Positions 1 to 9,771 of a DNA stretch of 30,177 nt are shown piece after piece. A program made the position numbers and the translations under genes. Origin of the DNA: a candidate division WOR-3 bacterium. GTDB taxonomy: Bacteria; Hydrothermota; Tepidihabitantia; Tepidihabitantales; Tepidihabitantaceae. Numbering within the stretch: position 1 is the first letter of the stretch; each line of letters begins with the position of its first letter. The stretch covers positions 21,504 through 51,680 of the forward strand of contig JBDRUH010000005.1 of the NCBI GenBank assembly GCA_039801225.1, in the 5' to 3' direction. Below the pieces are notes generated by a model that was given only the letters and a program-made list of their open reading frames with translations, had not been told where the DNA came from and ran no database searches.

Positions 1-1
1 A

Positions 2-1684
2 AAAACCTCGGCAAAGGAGTTCCATGTTCCCATAATCTGGGTGAAAGACAAGGGCTATTTACTAAAACAGGCAGCACCATTGATTGAAAGGTTTGTCAAA
101 GACGGATTTGAGCCAGAGGTTGCCATAAAGCACCTTCAAAAGAAAGGTCTGGTATTTCCGCCCCACGAAAAGATAGTGGAACACTTCTACACTGAGATTC
201 TGGAACTGGAAAGGGAGCGGAAAAATGGCATCTGGGCAAGGTTTCTGAAAAACACTTTTGCGCCGATGGTTGCGGGTAAATTTGACTATGTTGTCGGCAA
301 TCCACCCTGGGTAAGATGGGATTATCTTTCTCAAGAATACCGCAACGCCACACTGCAGCTTTGGAAAAACTACGGTCTATTTTCACTAAAGGGTTTTCAG
401 ACACGTCTTGGTGGTGGGAAAAAGGATTTTTCAATGCTTTTTCTTTATGCTTCAGTAGATTATTATCTCAAAGAAGGCAGTAAACTTGGCTTTCTGATAA
501 CACAGGAGGTTTTCAAGTCCAAAGGTGCGGGTGAGGGTTTCCGGCGGTTTCAGATTAACGACAAAGAGTATTTAAAGGTCCTGAAGGCACACGATTTGGT
601 TTCGGTTAAACCATTTGAAGGGGCGGCGAATAAAACAGCAGTAATAATTTTAAAGAAGGGTGAAAGGACAAAATATCCCCTGCCTTATTATGTATGGACA
701 AGAAAAAGAGGCGTGGGCAAAATTGCTACTGATAAATCATATAATGATGCTATAACACTTCTTCAGAAAAGGAAATATTTTGCCAAACCGATTGGCTCAT
801 CTGTTGGTGCATGGCAGACCCAGCCGCTTGCATTGACTAAGTTATCAAAAATTGAGGGGAAAAATAATTATGTGGCCCATTCAGGAGCATATATTTCTCC
901 TTACGGGGTATTCTGGTTAAAAATCAAACAAGTGCTTTTAAGAGGGAATTTGCTAATCGAAAATCTTCCTGAGAGAGGGAAGACAAAAATTTTAAAAGTT
1001 GAAGAAATAATAGAACAAGATCTAGTCTACCCTGGTTTGCGAGGTTCTGATATTAAAAGATGGGGGGTAAATATTGAGATATATGTTTTGCTAACGCAAG
1101 ATCCAACTAAACGGCAACCGTATCCTGATAATCAAATGAAAGAAAAATGGCCCCGAACTTACAGTTATTTAACGAAATTTAAAGGAGTTTTACAAACAAG
1201 AGCGTCAAAAGCACTACGGGATTTAGCAGAAAAGACATCCTTTTACGCTGTTTTTGGTGTAGCAAACTATACATTGGGTCATTATAAAGTAGTGTGGAAA
1301 CGAATGGCTTCCGATTTAATCGCTGCAGTTGTCTCACATATTAAAACCCCGTTTGGGTATAAAACTATTATCCCTTTTGAAACTACGGCATTCTTTGCCA
1401 CCAATAGTAAGTCTGAAGCCCATTATCTGTGCGCAATCATTAACTCAAACCCGGTGCGGGAGTTTATCAAGTCTTTCTCTTCTGCTGGTAGGGGGTTTGG
1501 CACACCTTCAGTGATGGAGCATATCGGTATCCCGAAGTTTGACCCGAATAACCGACTTCATCAGCAACTTTCCGAAATCTCCAAGAAATGTCACCAATTA
1601 AAATTGGCAGGCAAAGAAAAGGAAATTGAGAAACTTGAAGAGAAAAATGACCTCTTAGTAAAAAGGCTTTTTAAGATAAAATAA
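2..1684 (+). CDS. N6-adenine DNA methyltransferase / type IIG-like restriction-modification protein, C-terminal part (5' end outside window)
   Basis: FDYVVGNPPW catalytic motif IV, then D(F)SMLF..LGFLI and a TRD-like region ending HYLCAIINS...IPKFD. The frame is open from base 2 (KTSAKEFHVPIIWVKDK...), so the GTG at 41 is probably internal. Confidence 0.85.
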   Translation, partial: KTSAKEFHVPIIWVKDKGYLLKQAAPLIERFVKDGFEPEVAIKHLQKKGLVFPPHEKIVEHFYTEILELERERKNGIWARFLKNTFAPMVAGKFDYVVGNPPWVRWDYLSQEYRNATLQLWKNYGLFSLKGFQTRLGGGKKDFSMLFLYASVDYYLKEGSKLGFLITQEVFKSKGAGEGFRRFQINDKEYLKVLKAHDLVSVKPFEGAANKTAVIILKKGERTKYPLPYYVWTRKRGVGKIATDKSYNDAITLLQKRKYFAKPIGSSVGAWQTQPLALTKLSKIEGKNNYVAHSGAYISPYGVFWLKIKQVLLRGNLLIENLPERGKTKILKVEEIIEQDLVYPGLRGSDIKRWGVNIEIYVLLTQDPTKRQPYPDNQMKEKWPRTYSYLTKFKGVLQTRASKALRDLAEKTSFYAVFGVANYTLGHYKVVWKRMASDLIAAVVSHIKTPFGYKTIIPFETTAFFATNSKSEAHYLCAIINSNPVREFIKSFSSAGRGFGTPSVMEHIGIPKFDPNNRLHQQLSEISKKCHQLKLAGKEKEIEKLEEKNDLLVKRLFKIK

Positions 1685-2185
1685 ATGGCTAGCGATAAAG
1701 TTTACGATGAGAAAATAGTCTCCAGGTGGACTTTGGTGCTTGCCGGCTTTTTTACGTTCAGTTTCCTTTTTGCCTTTCTTTATCAGAATCTTGGCGGAGC
1801 GATTTGCGGACGCCCGGCACCAAACTGGTTTTTACTACTGCTCTTTTTTCTTTTCCTTGCCTTGACGATTAACTTCAGCACCCTGGGCATTGTTATTACG
1901 CCAGCAGAAGTTGTTGTTTCCTATGGGATTTTTAAGAAAAGGATTCCCCTGCACAATATCCAGGAGTGGCAGATTGACGATGCTTCAATGTTTGCCTATG
2001 GCGGCTGGGGAATTCGCATTGCCAGGGTCGGTGGGAACTGGCGTCTGGTTTACAATGTCATAGACAGCCCGCGGCTTGTCCTTTCATTGTCCAGAGGCGG
2101 ATTCAAAGAGTTTGTCTTTTCAACAAAAAATCCGGAAAAGGTGATGGAGATAATCAGGCAGGAGATACCTCGCCAGGATAAATGA
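1685..2185 (+). CDS. Hypothetical membrane protein: two N-terminal TM segments plus a PH-like soluble domain
   Basis: Two hydrophobic stretches, YGGWGIR and VFSTKNPEK motifs. The ATG directly follows the methyltransferase stop (TAAATG). Confidence 0.7.
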   Translation: MASDKVYDEKIVSRWTLVLAGFFTFSFLFAFLYQNLGGAICGRPAPNWFLLLLFFLFLALTINFSTLGIVITPAEVVVSYGIFKKRIPLHNIQEWQIDDASMFAYGGWGIRIARVGGNWRLVYNVIDSPRLVLSLSRGGFKEFVFSTKNPEKVMEIIRQEIPRQDK

Positions 2186-2348
2186 TGATTTCACCAGCCA
2201 TTTTCTCCGACTCCTATTTTAAAATTGGGTGACTTTTATCTGACAGAAAAAGATAAACATTACATCTTTTATGATATGAGCATATTCGATATTAAACCCT
2301 AGGAAAATATCATACCCAAAAAATTCAAAAACATTTTAGGAGGGAAGA

Positions 2349-3323
2349 ATGAAAAGGATGATATTTCTAAATATTGGCTGGATGAGAGCCTACAGGGGGC
2401 TTAAAGATGACAGTATTGAGAACGGAGGAACCTATGTAGATGAAAACAAAACTGGAGACGAAATTTACAATTTCTTGCCCTTGGGACGTTACTGCTACGG
2501 AGATGTATCACGTTCAATAAAACTTGAAAGACTGGGAGGGTCTCCTAAAGACACCCACGTTGATAATGTTTTAGTTGTATGGGTTGCCAAGAGACCAAAT
2601 TTCGGCACTGTTATTGTTGGCTGGTATAGAAATGCCACGGTCTACAAAGAAACGCAGAAACTTTCCAAAATACCAAGTCGGAAATGGAAGGGAAAATATT
2701 ATACTGGGTATCTTGTCAAAGCACCAAAAAAAGATTGTATCCTCATTTTACCAAAAGAGGCAAGAGATTTTAAAGTTCCTCATGGCAAGGGCTGGATGGG
2801 ACAAAGCAATGTCTGGTATGCAGATAAACCAAGGCATGTAAAGTTCAAAAAGAGAGTACTAAATTATATCAAAAAAGCACAATATAGAATTAAACATGAC
2901 TGGGCAAGACCACCTAAACCACCAAAGCAACTTGACCCATACAGACGGCGCGAAATTGAAGAAAGGGCAATAAATATGAGTTGGAGCTATTATAAAAAAT
3001 TGGGTTACGAAGTAGCATCAGTTGAAAAGGAAAAGTGTGGGTGGGATTTGGAAGCCACAAAAAATGGAGAAACACTAAGGCTTGAAGTCAAGGGTCTTTC
3101 CCAGGAGGAAATCTGCTTTGAATTAACCCGAAATGAATATACCGTGATGATTGACCACAATGATACTTATAGAATATGTGTTGTTACTAATGCATTGAGT
3201 AAACACCCATTGTTACGAATTTTCTCGTACTATCCTAATCACAAATCGTGGATAGCTGATGATGGGAAGAGGTTGCACATTAAGAAAGTAAATAGACCTG
3301 TTTATAACTGCATATGTAATTAG
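2349..3323 (+). CDS. DUF3883 (NO VEIN C-terminal, PD-(D/E)XK-like) nuclease-domain protein with an uncharacterised N-terminal domain
   Basis: C-terminal EERAI...YY..LGY.V..VEKEKCGWDLEA...LEVKG...LTRNEY...YRICVV pattern. SD AGGAGG upstream. Confidence 0.75.
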   Translation: MKRMIFLNIGWMRAYRGLKDDSIENGGTYVDENKTGDEIYNFLPLGRYCYGDVSRSIKLERLGGSPKDTHVDNVLVVWVAKRPNFGTVIVGWYRNATVYKETQKLSKIPSRKWKGKYYTGYLVKAPKKDCILILPKEARDFKVPHGKGWMGQSNVWYADKPRHVKFKKRVLNYIKKAQYRIKHDWARPPKPPKQLDPYRRREIEERAINMSWSYYKKLGYEVASVEKEKCGWDLEATKNGETLRLEVKGLSQEEICFELTRNEYTVMIDHNDTYRICVVTNALSKHPLLRIFSYYPNHKSWIADDGKRLHIKKVNRPVYNCICN

Positions 3324-3569
3324 GTACTTGCTTGCGGATATTTCAACCAGTTTGACCATATCAGCAGTTTAATCACAGAAAAGGATATAGGACTAAATTT
3401 ATTATTATTTACTCACCGTTCATTTAGAGCCAGAAATAGAGAAAAATTAACGCACAAATATGTGGATTTTAAGGGGCGATTTGCCAAGGTGGTCGCTTTG
3501 CGCCCTGCCAAGGCAGAGTGCTATATAGAGATTAGGAGACGACTCCCTAATTCGTTACCGTGAAGTGGG

Positions 3570-3630
3570 AACAGATGACGGACGACCGTGAACCGTGACC
3601 GTGACGGAGGACGGGGGACGGAGGACGGAG
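3570..3630. repeat. Degenerate heptamer tandem array (GACGGAG/GACGGGG/GACCGTG) in the 3' UTR of selD
   Basis: aacagat gacggac gaccgtg aaccgt gaccgt gacggag gacgggg gacggag gacggag. Confidence 0.85.
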
Positions 3631-3637
3631 GGGATTG

Positions 3638-4675
3638 TTAACCAGAGACCTCAACCGTGCCGGGAGGACCTTCTATTACTTCACCGATTATCGGTGCGAT
3701 GAGCCCGGCATCACTTGCCCGCTTTTGATACTCTTTTGCTCTTTCCGGGTTTAATGCAATCAATAGCCCGCCCGAGCTCTCCGACTCAAAGAGCAGGTTC
3801 TTTAATTCTGGCGAAACCGACCTCCGCCATTCCACCCATTTGCCAAATGAGTCTTCATTCATCAATACCCCGGGGTCAACAAGGGTCTTTGCCAGTTCGC
3901 GCACTTTGGGTAAAAGGGGTATTTTCTCAGCATACAATCGGATTCGGACACCAGAGGCTTGTGCCATTTCTTGAGTGTGCCCCAAAAGTCCAAAACCGGT
4001 AATGTCAGTAGCCGACGAGGCGAAACAGGCAAGCATTATCTCTGCTGCGAGGCGATTTAACTGCATCATTGAGGTCTCGGCAGTCTTTTTTAGTTCTTCG
4101 TCAACCTCGTCAAAGGTCATCATCGCCTGAGCAAAGACGCCGGTGCCCAGCGGTTTGGTGAGAATCAAATGGTCGCCAATCTTTGCTTTGGCGTTGGTAA
4201 TAATCCTTTTCGGGTCAATTTTGCCGGTAACCGCCAGTCCATACTTTATTTCTTTCTCGTTGAAGGTATGACCGCCCACCACCACCGCCTGCGCCTCTTT
4301 TACCGTATCCTGACCGCCGCGTAAAATTTCTTTGAGAATCGCTTTATCCAAAGGCGCAGGAAAACCTATTACATTTAATACGGTTAATGGTTCACCACCC
4401 ATCGCATAAACATCGGAAAGGGAGTTCGCCGCGGCAATCCGTCCAAAGGTGTAAGGGTCCTCAACCATTGGTGTCAGCAGGTCAACGGTCTGGACCAGTG
4501 CCAGCCCCTCGTTTAAAAGAAATACCCCGGCATCGTCAGCGGTGTTAATCCCGACTAAAAGCCTCGGGTCGGTTGTCTGCTCCAACCCGGCTAATGCCTG
4601 CGCCAACTGCGCCTTGCTGAGTTTTGATGCTCAGCCGGCACAGGTTACCGTTGCCAGTATGCCGCGTTTCGCCAT
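3638..4675 (-). CDS. selD: Selenide, water dikinase SelD, selenocysteine-containing (UGA at codon 15), 345 aa
   Basis: DDAGV, QTVD, AAANSLSDVYAMGG, VGGHT, TDITGFGLLGH and SGGLL motifs. The frame extends upstream through TGA (4633-4631) to ATG 4675: MAKRGILATVTCAG-U-ASKLSKAQL, with SD AGGAG 5 nt upstream. Confidence 0.95.
4580..4621 (-). promoter_or_regulatory. Putative bacterial SECIS element of selD
   Basis: Apical hairpin GCGC-AGUUG-GCGC (4612-4600), loop starting 22 nt after the UGA with G at loop position 2. Possible lower stem CUCAGC/GUUGGAG. Folded by eye only. Confidence 0.55.
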
Positions 4676-4683
4676 TTTTACTC

Positions 4684-6579
4684 CTAATTTTTCTCTTTAC
4701 TTCTTAGAATTCGCACTTCACCCTTGCGCTGGGTTAGACCGATCGTATCAAAGTAGTTAAGGAGCGGAATGATGAATTTTCTGGTGGTATTCAGCGCCTG
4801 CCTGATTTCTGAGGTGGATAACTCAGATTTGCTTTCAAACATTTTTTTAATAATTTCCTCGGCGGTCTTTATCGCACTAAAGTGCATCCAAACCTCATCG
4901 CCCAGGTCAATTGCCACCCCTGATTCCAAGAGGGCGGTTTTTATCCGTTCTCTTAAGTTCGGTTTGACAGTGGCAAGGAGTTCACTTGGCGAAGGAGGAC
5001 TCCACTTTGCCTGTTCCAGTGTTGAGGCTAACCGGTCAAAAGCCTCCTTCTCTATCGGCGTGAGATTCAATTGATGGCTTGCCAACCGGACCTTTTCCCC
5101 CTCGCAAACCACCTTACCTTCGTCAATAAGTGTCTTTATTATTACCTCAAACAGGGGTGCGGTGAGACCGAGTTTTGCCCGCAATTCGGCGCGCTTTATC
5201 CCGAGGCGCCAGGGGTTTTTCTGGTGAAATTCGGATAGGGTTTTCAATGTCTCTTCTTTTGCCCGGGTAAAGTTTTTTTGGTGAATTAGATACTCCTTGC
5301 CTTCCCATTCAAACTGGTGCACCTTTCCCTCTCTTAAGAGAAGGTTTACCATCATCTGGGCAGACTCCTCAGTAATCGTCAACTCCCGGGCGATACCTGG
5401 TAGCGTCCGGGTCTCAAAGCCGATTTTCAAGAGATGCTGTTCTAATACCGCACCTTTTTCGCCCGAGGCAATTTCTTTTAATCGGGCGATGGTAACGGGA
5501 TTGAACCGCCTTTCTTTAACAGCGTTAGCCTCTAAAACCACGCCGCCACCAATGGTTTGCGGTGGTGAGTAATGCCGGATAACATAACGGTCGTTCCAGT
5601 CACAGACAATCGGTTTTTCGGTGCGAATCTGAACTAACGCCTCCTCCCCCGGGGCGAGTTCTTTTTTATCAAGTAGACACACCTGGCACATAACTTCGGC
5701 GGTGCCGATATGGAGGTGGACCCGGGTCATATGCCGGAGGGAGGTGAAGGCATCCTTCAAAAGATAACAGGTGGCGTTAAAGATTTGAGTTGGACGGTAA
5801 TAGTTGGGGGTAACCAAAACGCTGCCCCTTTCCACCATTTCCGGCTCTACACCCTGGAGGTTGAAGGCTGCCCGGTCGCCAATCCCTGCCTGTTCAACCG
5901 GCTGGTTGTGCTTCTGAATGCCCCGCACCCGCACCTCAATACCTTGAGGAAGTAGTTCCAACCGGTCACCGATTCGGCAGACACCAGACAAAACCGTTCC
6001 TGCCACTATCGTGCCAAAACCTTTGATGCGAAAGGAGCGGTCAACCGGTAAACGGAAAATGCCCCGGTCCGGCTTCGGTTCTAATCGCTGGACCATTTCC
6101 TGGATAGCATTTTTTAACTCCGGGATACCCTGACCGGTGAGCGCCGAAACCATCACTATCGGCGCATTTTCTAAGAATGAACCAGCCACCAAATTCTGGA
6201 CATCCAGCCGCACCAGTTCTAACCACTCCTCATCCACCAGGTCAATTTTGTTAATCGCTATCAGCCCTTTTTTAATTCCCAGGAGCCGGCAAATCTCAAA
6301 ATGTTCCTTTGTCTGGGGCATTACCCCATCATCGGCCGCGACAACTAAGAGAACCAGATCAATGGTGCTGGCGCCGGCAAGCATATGGCGAATAAATTTC
6401 TCATGCCCCGGGACATCAATAATGGTAATGTCATCACCGAGGAAGGCGAAGCCGAGGTCGGTCGTCATTCCCCGCTCTTTTTCCTCTTTCAGTCGGTCCG
6501 GGTCGGTGCCGGTTAGCGCCTTTACTATCGCGCTTTTACCGTGGTCAATATGACCGGCGGTGCCAAGGACATAATGCAT
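4684..6579 (-). CDS. selB: Selenocysteine-specific translation elongation factor SelB
   Basis: [41 protein letters not shown]-terminal winged-helix motif [22 protein letters not shown]. Confidence 0.97.
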   Translation of the reverse strand: MHYVLGTAGHIDHGKSAIVKALTGTDPDRLKEEKERGMTTDLGFAFLGDDITIIDVPGHEKFIRHMLAGASTIDLVLLVVAADDGVMPQTKEHFEICRLLGIKKGLIAINKIDLVDEEWLELVRLDVQNLVAGSFLENAPIVMVSALTGQGIPELKNAIQEMVQRLEPKPDRGIFRLPVDRSFRIKGFGTIVAGTVLSGVCRIGDRLELLPQGIEVRVRGIQKHNQPVEQAGIGDRAAFNLQGVEPEMVERGSVLVTPNYYRPTQIFNATCYLLKDAFTSLRHMTRVHLHIGTAEVMCQVCLLDKKELAPGEEALVQIRTEKPIVCDWNDRYVIRHYSPPQTIGGGVVLEANAVKERRFNPVTIARLKEIASGEKGAVLEQHLLKIGFETRTLPGIARELTITEESAQMMVNLLLREGKVHQFEWEGKEYLIHQKNFTRAKEETLKTLSEFHQKNPWRLGIKRAELRAKLGLTAPLFEVIIKTLIDEGKVVCEGEKVRLASHQLNLTPIEKEAFDRLASTLEQAKWSPPSPSELLATVKPNLRERIKTALLESGVAIDLGDEVWMHFSAIKTAEEIIKKMFESKSELSTSEIRQALNTTRKFIIPLLNYFDTIGLTQRKGEVRILRSKEKN

Positions 6580-8000
6580 TAGAGCCTCTTTCTCCCTTCC
6601 GCGCCGGGTATGCCCAGTTCTGAGCGGTATTTGGTGACGGTCCGGCGGGAGATGTTAATCCCTTCCTCTTTCAGTTTTAAACAAATCTCCTCGTCCTTGA
6701 GCGGTTTTTGTTTGTCCTCATTTTCAATCAAGAGCCGGATTTTTTCCTTAATGCTCTCGCGGGATTTGTCACCGGTTCCCCCTTTGAAGAAATACTTCAG
6801 GGAGAATATGCCGTAATTGGTCTCAAGATATTTGCCACTGATCGCCCGTGAGACCGTTGCCGGATGGACTTTTAAGAAATCGGCCGCATCCTGGAGGGTG
6901 GTCGGCTTGAGGTGCTCTGGTCCATAAGAGAAAAAGTCCTTTTGCCTTTGCAGAATAAAGTCTACCAGCCGGCGTAACAGGTTGCGCCGGGACTCTATCG
7001 CTTTAAGGAACATCATTGCCCGACGGACCTTTTCCCGGGCAAATTCTACCTGTTCCTTAGAGAAATTTTTCGGCTGTGCCAGTATCTCTAAGAAACGCCG
7101 TGAGACCCTCAACCGCGGAATGGTCTCATCCTGGACAACCACCACCAGTTTGTCTTCCCGCCATTCCACCGAGAAGTCCGGGGTAATATAGTTAACTGCG
7201 CTGGTTGTGAACTGGCGTCCTGGTCTTGGCTCAAGGTTGAGGATTCTTTTAACCGCCTCTCTGACCTCCTCCTCACTGGCATTGCATACCTTCACCAATT
7301 TGTCCAGTTGTTTATTTTTCAGTAATTCCCAGCCCTCACGGAGCAAACGACACTCCAGCGCCTCCGGCGGGTAACCCTTCAATTCCAGTTGCGCCAAAAG
7401 CGCCTCTTTTACCCCGGAACAGCCAAAGCCCCCGGGCGGAATCTGGGAAAGGGCGGAAAGGACTCGCTTTACCCGCTCAATTTCCACCCCCAATGTTTCT
7501 GCCAGTTCCTCCGGACGAACCGTGAGGAAGCCATCTTCATTCAGCCACTCCACCACCTGTTCAGCAATTCCGGCGTCTTCAGGCAACACCTCTGCCTGGA
7601 GTCGGGGTAAAAGCGCCTCCCGAAGTGTGGCCACCGGATTCGGCGCATACTCCTCGCCCGGTAATGCTTCGTTGCTACTTAGCAGGTATTCGCCGCTGGG
7701 CACTTCCCAGGCATCTGAAGGGATAAGTTCGTTAAGGGAAAACTCTTCAGCGGTGTCAATGAGTAAACCTTCTTCGCCCTTCAATACCGGTTCCTCTTCA
7801 TTCGCGAGCGGTGATTCTACCGGTTCAGTATGGGGCGCTTCAACATTTATTTCCTCAGCCGGCTCTAACGCCGGGTTCTGTTCCAGTTCTGCTTCAATTA
7901 GTTGCTCCAGTTCTATTGTCGGTAACTGAAGGAGTTTCAGGTTTAGAATCAATTGCGGGGTGAGAATTTGTTCCTGGCGGAGGAGATGCCTCAGTTCCAT
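6579..8000 (-). CDS. rpoN: RNA polymerase sigma-54 factor
   Basis: Q/L-rich region I (LTPQLILNLKLLQLP...ELEQNPALE), HTH (VHPATVSRA), RpoN box SRRTVTKYR. Confidence 0.97.
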   Translation of the reverse strand: MELRHLLRQEQILTPQLILNLKLLQLPTIELEQLIEAELEQNPALEPAEEINVEAPHTEPVESPLANEEEPVLKGEEGLLIDTAEEFSLNELIPSDAWEVPSGEYLLSSNEALPGEEYAPNPVATLREALLPRLQAEVLPEDAGIAEQVVEWLNEDGFLTVRPEELAETLGVEIERVKRVLSALSQIPPGGFGCSGVKEALLAQLELKGYPPEALECRLLREGWELLKNKQLDKLVKVCNASEEEVREAVKRILNLEPRPGRQFTTSAVNYITPDFSVEWREDKLVVVVQDETIPRLRVSRRFLEILAQPKNFSKEQVEFAREKVRRAMMFLKAIESRRNLLRRLVDFILQRQKDFFSYGPEHLKPTTLQDAADFLKVHPATVSRAISGKYLETNYGIFSLKYFFKGGTGDKSRESIKEKIRLLIENEDKQKPLKDEEICLKLKEEGINISRRTVTKYRSELGIPGAEGRKRL

Positions 8001-8022
8001 CGTTCCTCTCCTTGGTGATAGT

Positions 8023-8742
8023 TCATATCCGGAACCTCTCGCCTAAATAAACCTTCCTCGCCTGTTCGTCCTTAACCAGGTCTTCGGAGGTGCCGGAAAG
8101 AAGAATTCGGGCGTCAAACATCACATAAGCCCGGTCAGTAATCTCTAAGGTCTCCCGAACATTGTGGTCGGTAATCAGGATGCCTAAACCTTCATCTTTC
8201 AGGCGGCGAATGATGTCCTGAATTTCCGCCCGGACAATTGGGTCAACACCGGTAAAGGGTTCATCCAGGAGTAGAAAGGCGGGACGGGAGGCAAGCGCCC
8301 GAGCGATCTCCACCCGGCGCCGTTCACCCCCGGAAAGGGTTCTGGCCTTTTGATTTCTGAGGTGCTCAATATTCAGTTTTCTTAAAAGTTCTTCAACCCG
8401 CTGGGTTTGCTCCGCGCGGGAAATTCCCAACATCTCCAAGATTGCCCGGATGTTTTCCTCCACAGTAAGGCTACGAAAAACCGATGGTTCCTGAGAAAGA
8501 TAACCAATGCCGAGCCGTGCCCTTTTATAAACCGGCATTCGGGTTATGTCCATTCCGTTAAAGAGGACTTTCCCCGACTCCGGTGTAATAAAACCGGTAA
8601 TAATGTGGAAGGTGGTTGTTTTGCCCGCACCATTTGGACCTAAAAGTCCCACCACCTCTTGACGGGAGAGTTCTAAGGTAACCTCATTTACCACCCGGCG
8701 TCCCTTGTAAGATTTTACCAATCGTTCGGCAATTAACTTCAT
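8023..8742 (-). CDS. lptB: LPS export ABC transporter ATP-binding protein
   Basis: GLLGPNGAGKTT, LSGGERRRVEIARAL, LLDEPF.GVDP, ILITDHNVRETL, YLGERF. Canonical position before rpoN. Confidence 0.97.
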   Translation of the reverse strand: MKLIAERLVKSYKGRRVVNEVTLELSRQEVVGLLGPNGAGKTTTFHIITGFITPESGKVLFNGMDITRMPVYKRARLGIGYLSQEPSVFRSLTVEENIRAILEMLGISRAEQTQRVEELLRKLNIEHLRNQKARTLSGGERRRVEIARALASRPAFLLLDEPFTGVDPIVRAEIQDIIRRLKDEGLGILITDHNVRETLEITDRAYVMFDARILLSGTSEDLVKDEQARKVYLGERFRI

Positions 8743-9771
8743 CTACGGTTTTCCTGCTCTGGTCATGGCAAGTTTCAAAGAAGTAATCCCAACATCAAAC
8801 TCTGAACTCATTTGTCCGCTGGCAGGGGATGCGCGGACAAGTTTTCCTAAAATAAGGTCTCTTACTTCAATCCGTTCAATTGCACCCTCGGTGAGAATAA
8901 GCGCGATACTTTTCCCCTGAACTTCTACCGTTTCGCCCGTTTCGGTGCGATAACTTCCCTCGGCTTTGCCACAGAGGGTAACTTTTTTGACCGCGCCATT
9001 GGTGAGATGGAAAAATAGGCTGTCACCCTTGGCTTTTGAATTGGTATCTTTGACCACCGGTGCGCCCCAAGCAACCCCTGAATCGGCACCCGGGAAAAAT
9101 ATCACTGTATCGGCGCATAGGTCACTTTCCCCGGAGTGAAGGCAAACCTGCCCTTCGGCTCGTGCCATTGGCTGTTTCTGGAAATAGGAAAATCGTTGGG
9201 CAGTAACCAGAACCGAGTCTCTCTCGGTTTTACGGATAATTAACACCGGCTCGGAATCAACAACCCCAATTTGGGAATTTAAGTCGTAATAGCCCCGGCT
9301 ACCGGTAATTTCATAGTTGCCGGAGACATTTTTTATCTTTAACCCTAATGGTGCGCTGACCATTCTCGTTGAAGGGAAGAATTCAATTTCCCGGGCGTAA
9401 ATCTCTAATGACTCCTGTTTTACCACCACCTCTTTTAATGGGCGGGCGAGGAGAAGGGCTTTTTTGGCGGCAAAGTCGTAAACAACCGAGTCGGCGCTGA
9501 TCATCGCCTCAGGTGTGAAAATAAGCACCGAGTCAGTAAGTAGGGCAATGTTTTCTTTCTCGTTAAGGAGCGCCTGGCGACTGAAGAGTTCGGTGGTGGA
9601 GTCTTTTATTACTACACTGTCTTTAAACACCGTTGCCTGTCCTGAGGCGTTACGAAGAATCGCCATCTTCCGAGCATAGATTTCAGCAGCGAAACTTAAT
9701 AAAGGAGTCAAGACCAAGTAAACGACCAAAGCCCGGGGAGTGAAGAGACAGGGCTTATGGTTGGAATTCAT
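8743..9771 (-). CDS. LptA/OstA-like periplasmic beta-jellyroll protein (multi-repeat)
   Basis: Signal peptide after ATG 9771 (MNSNHKPC...PLLSFA), repeated ADS-type beta motifs, located between lptC and lptB. The start may instead be GTG 9795. Confidence 0.75.
   Translation of the reverse strand: MNSNHKPCLFTPRALVVYLVLTPLLSFAAEIYARKMAILRNASGQATVFKDSVVIKDSTTELFSRQALLNEKENIALLTDSVLIFTPEAMISADSVVYDFAAKKALLLARPLKEVVVKQESLEIYAREIEFFPSTRMVSAPLGLKIKNVSGNYEITGSRGYYDLNSQIGVVDSEPVLIIRKTERDSVLVTAQRFSYFQKQPMARAEGQVCLHSGESDLCADTVIFFPGADSGVAWGAPVVKDTNSKAKGDSLFFHLTNGAVKKVTLCGKAEGSYRTETGETVEVQGKSIALILTEGAIERIEVRDLILGKLVRASPASGQMSSEFDVGITSLKLAMTRAGKP

Noticed and set aside
41..43. GTG as the methyltransferase start
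   Set aside because: The frame is open to the window edge and the SAM-binding motif I is missing, so the gene is probably truncated by the window.
2235..2314. Inverted repeats upstream of the DUF3883 gene (TTTATCT-N9-AGATAAA; TATGATAT..ATATCATA)
   Set aside because: Short matches in AT-rich DNA with no controller gene nearby; not distinguishable from chance.
3324..3637. Possible tRNA-Sec (selC) or other RNA gene next to selD
   Set aside because: No cloverleaf, UCA anticodon arm or T-loop found. Only a small hairpin (attaggag-acga-ctccctaat, 3531-3551) without a U tract, plus heptamer repeats.
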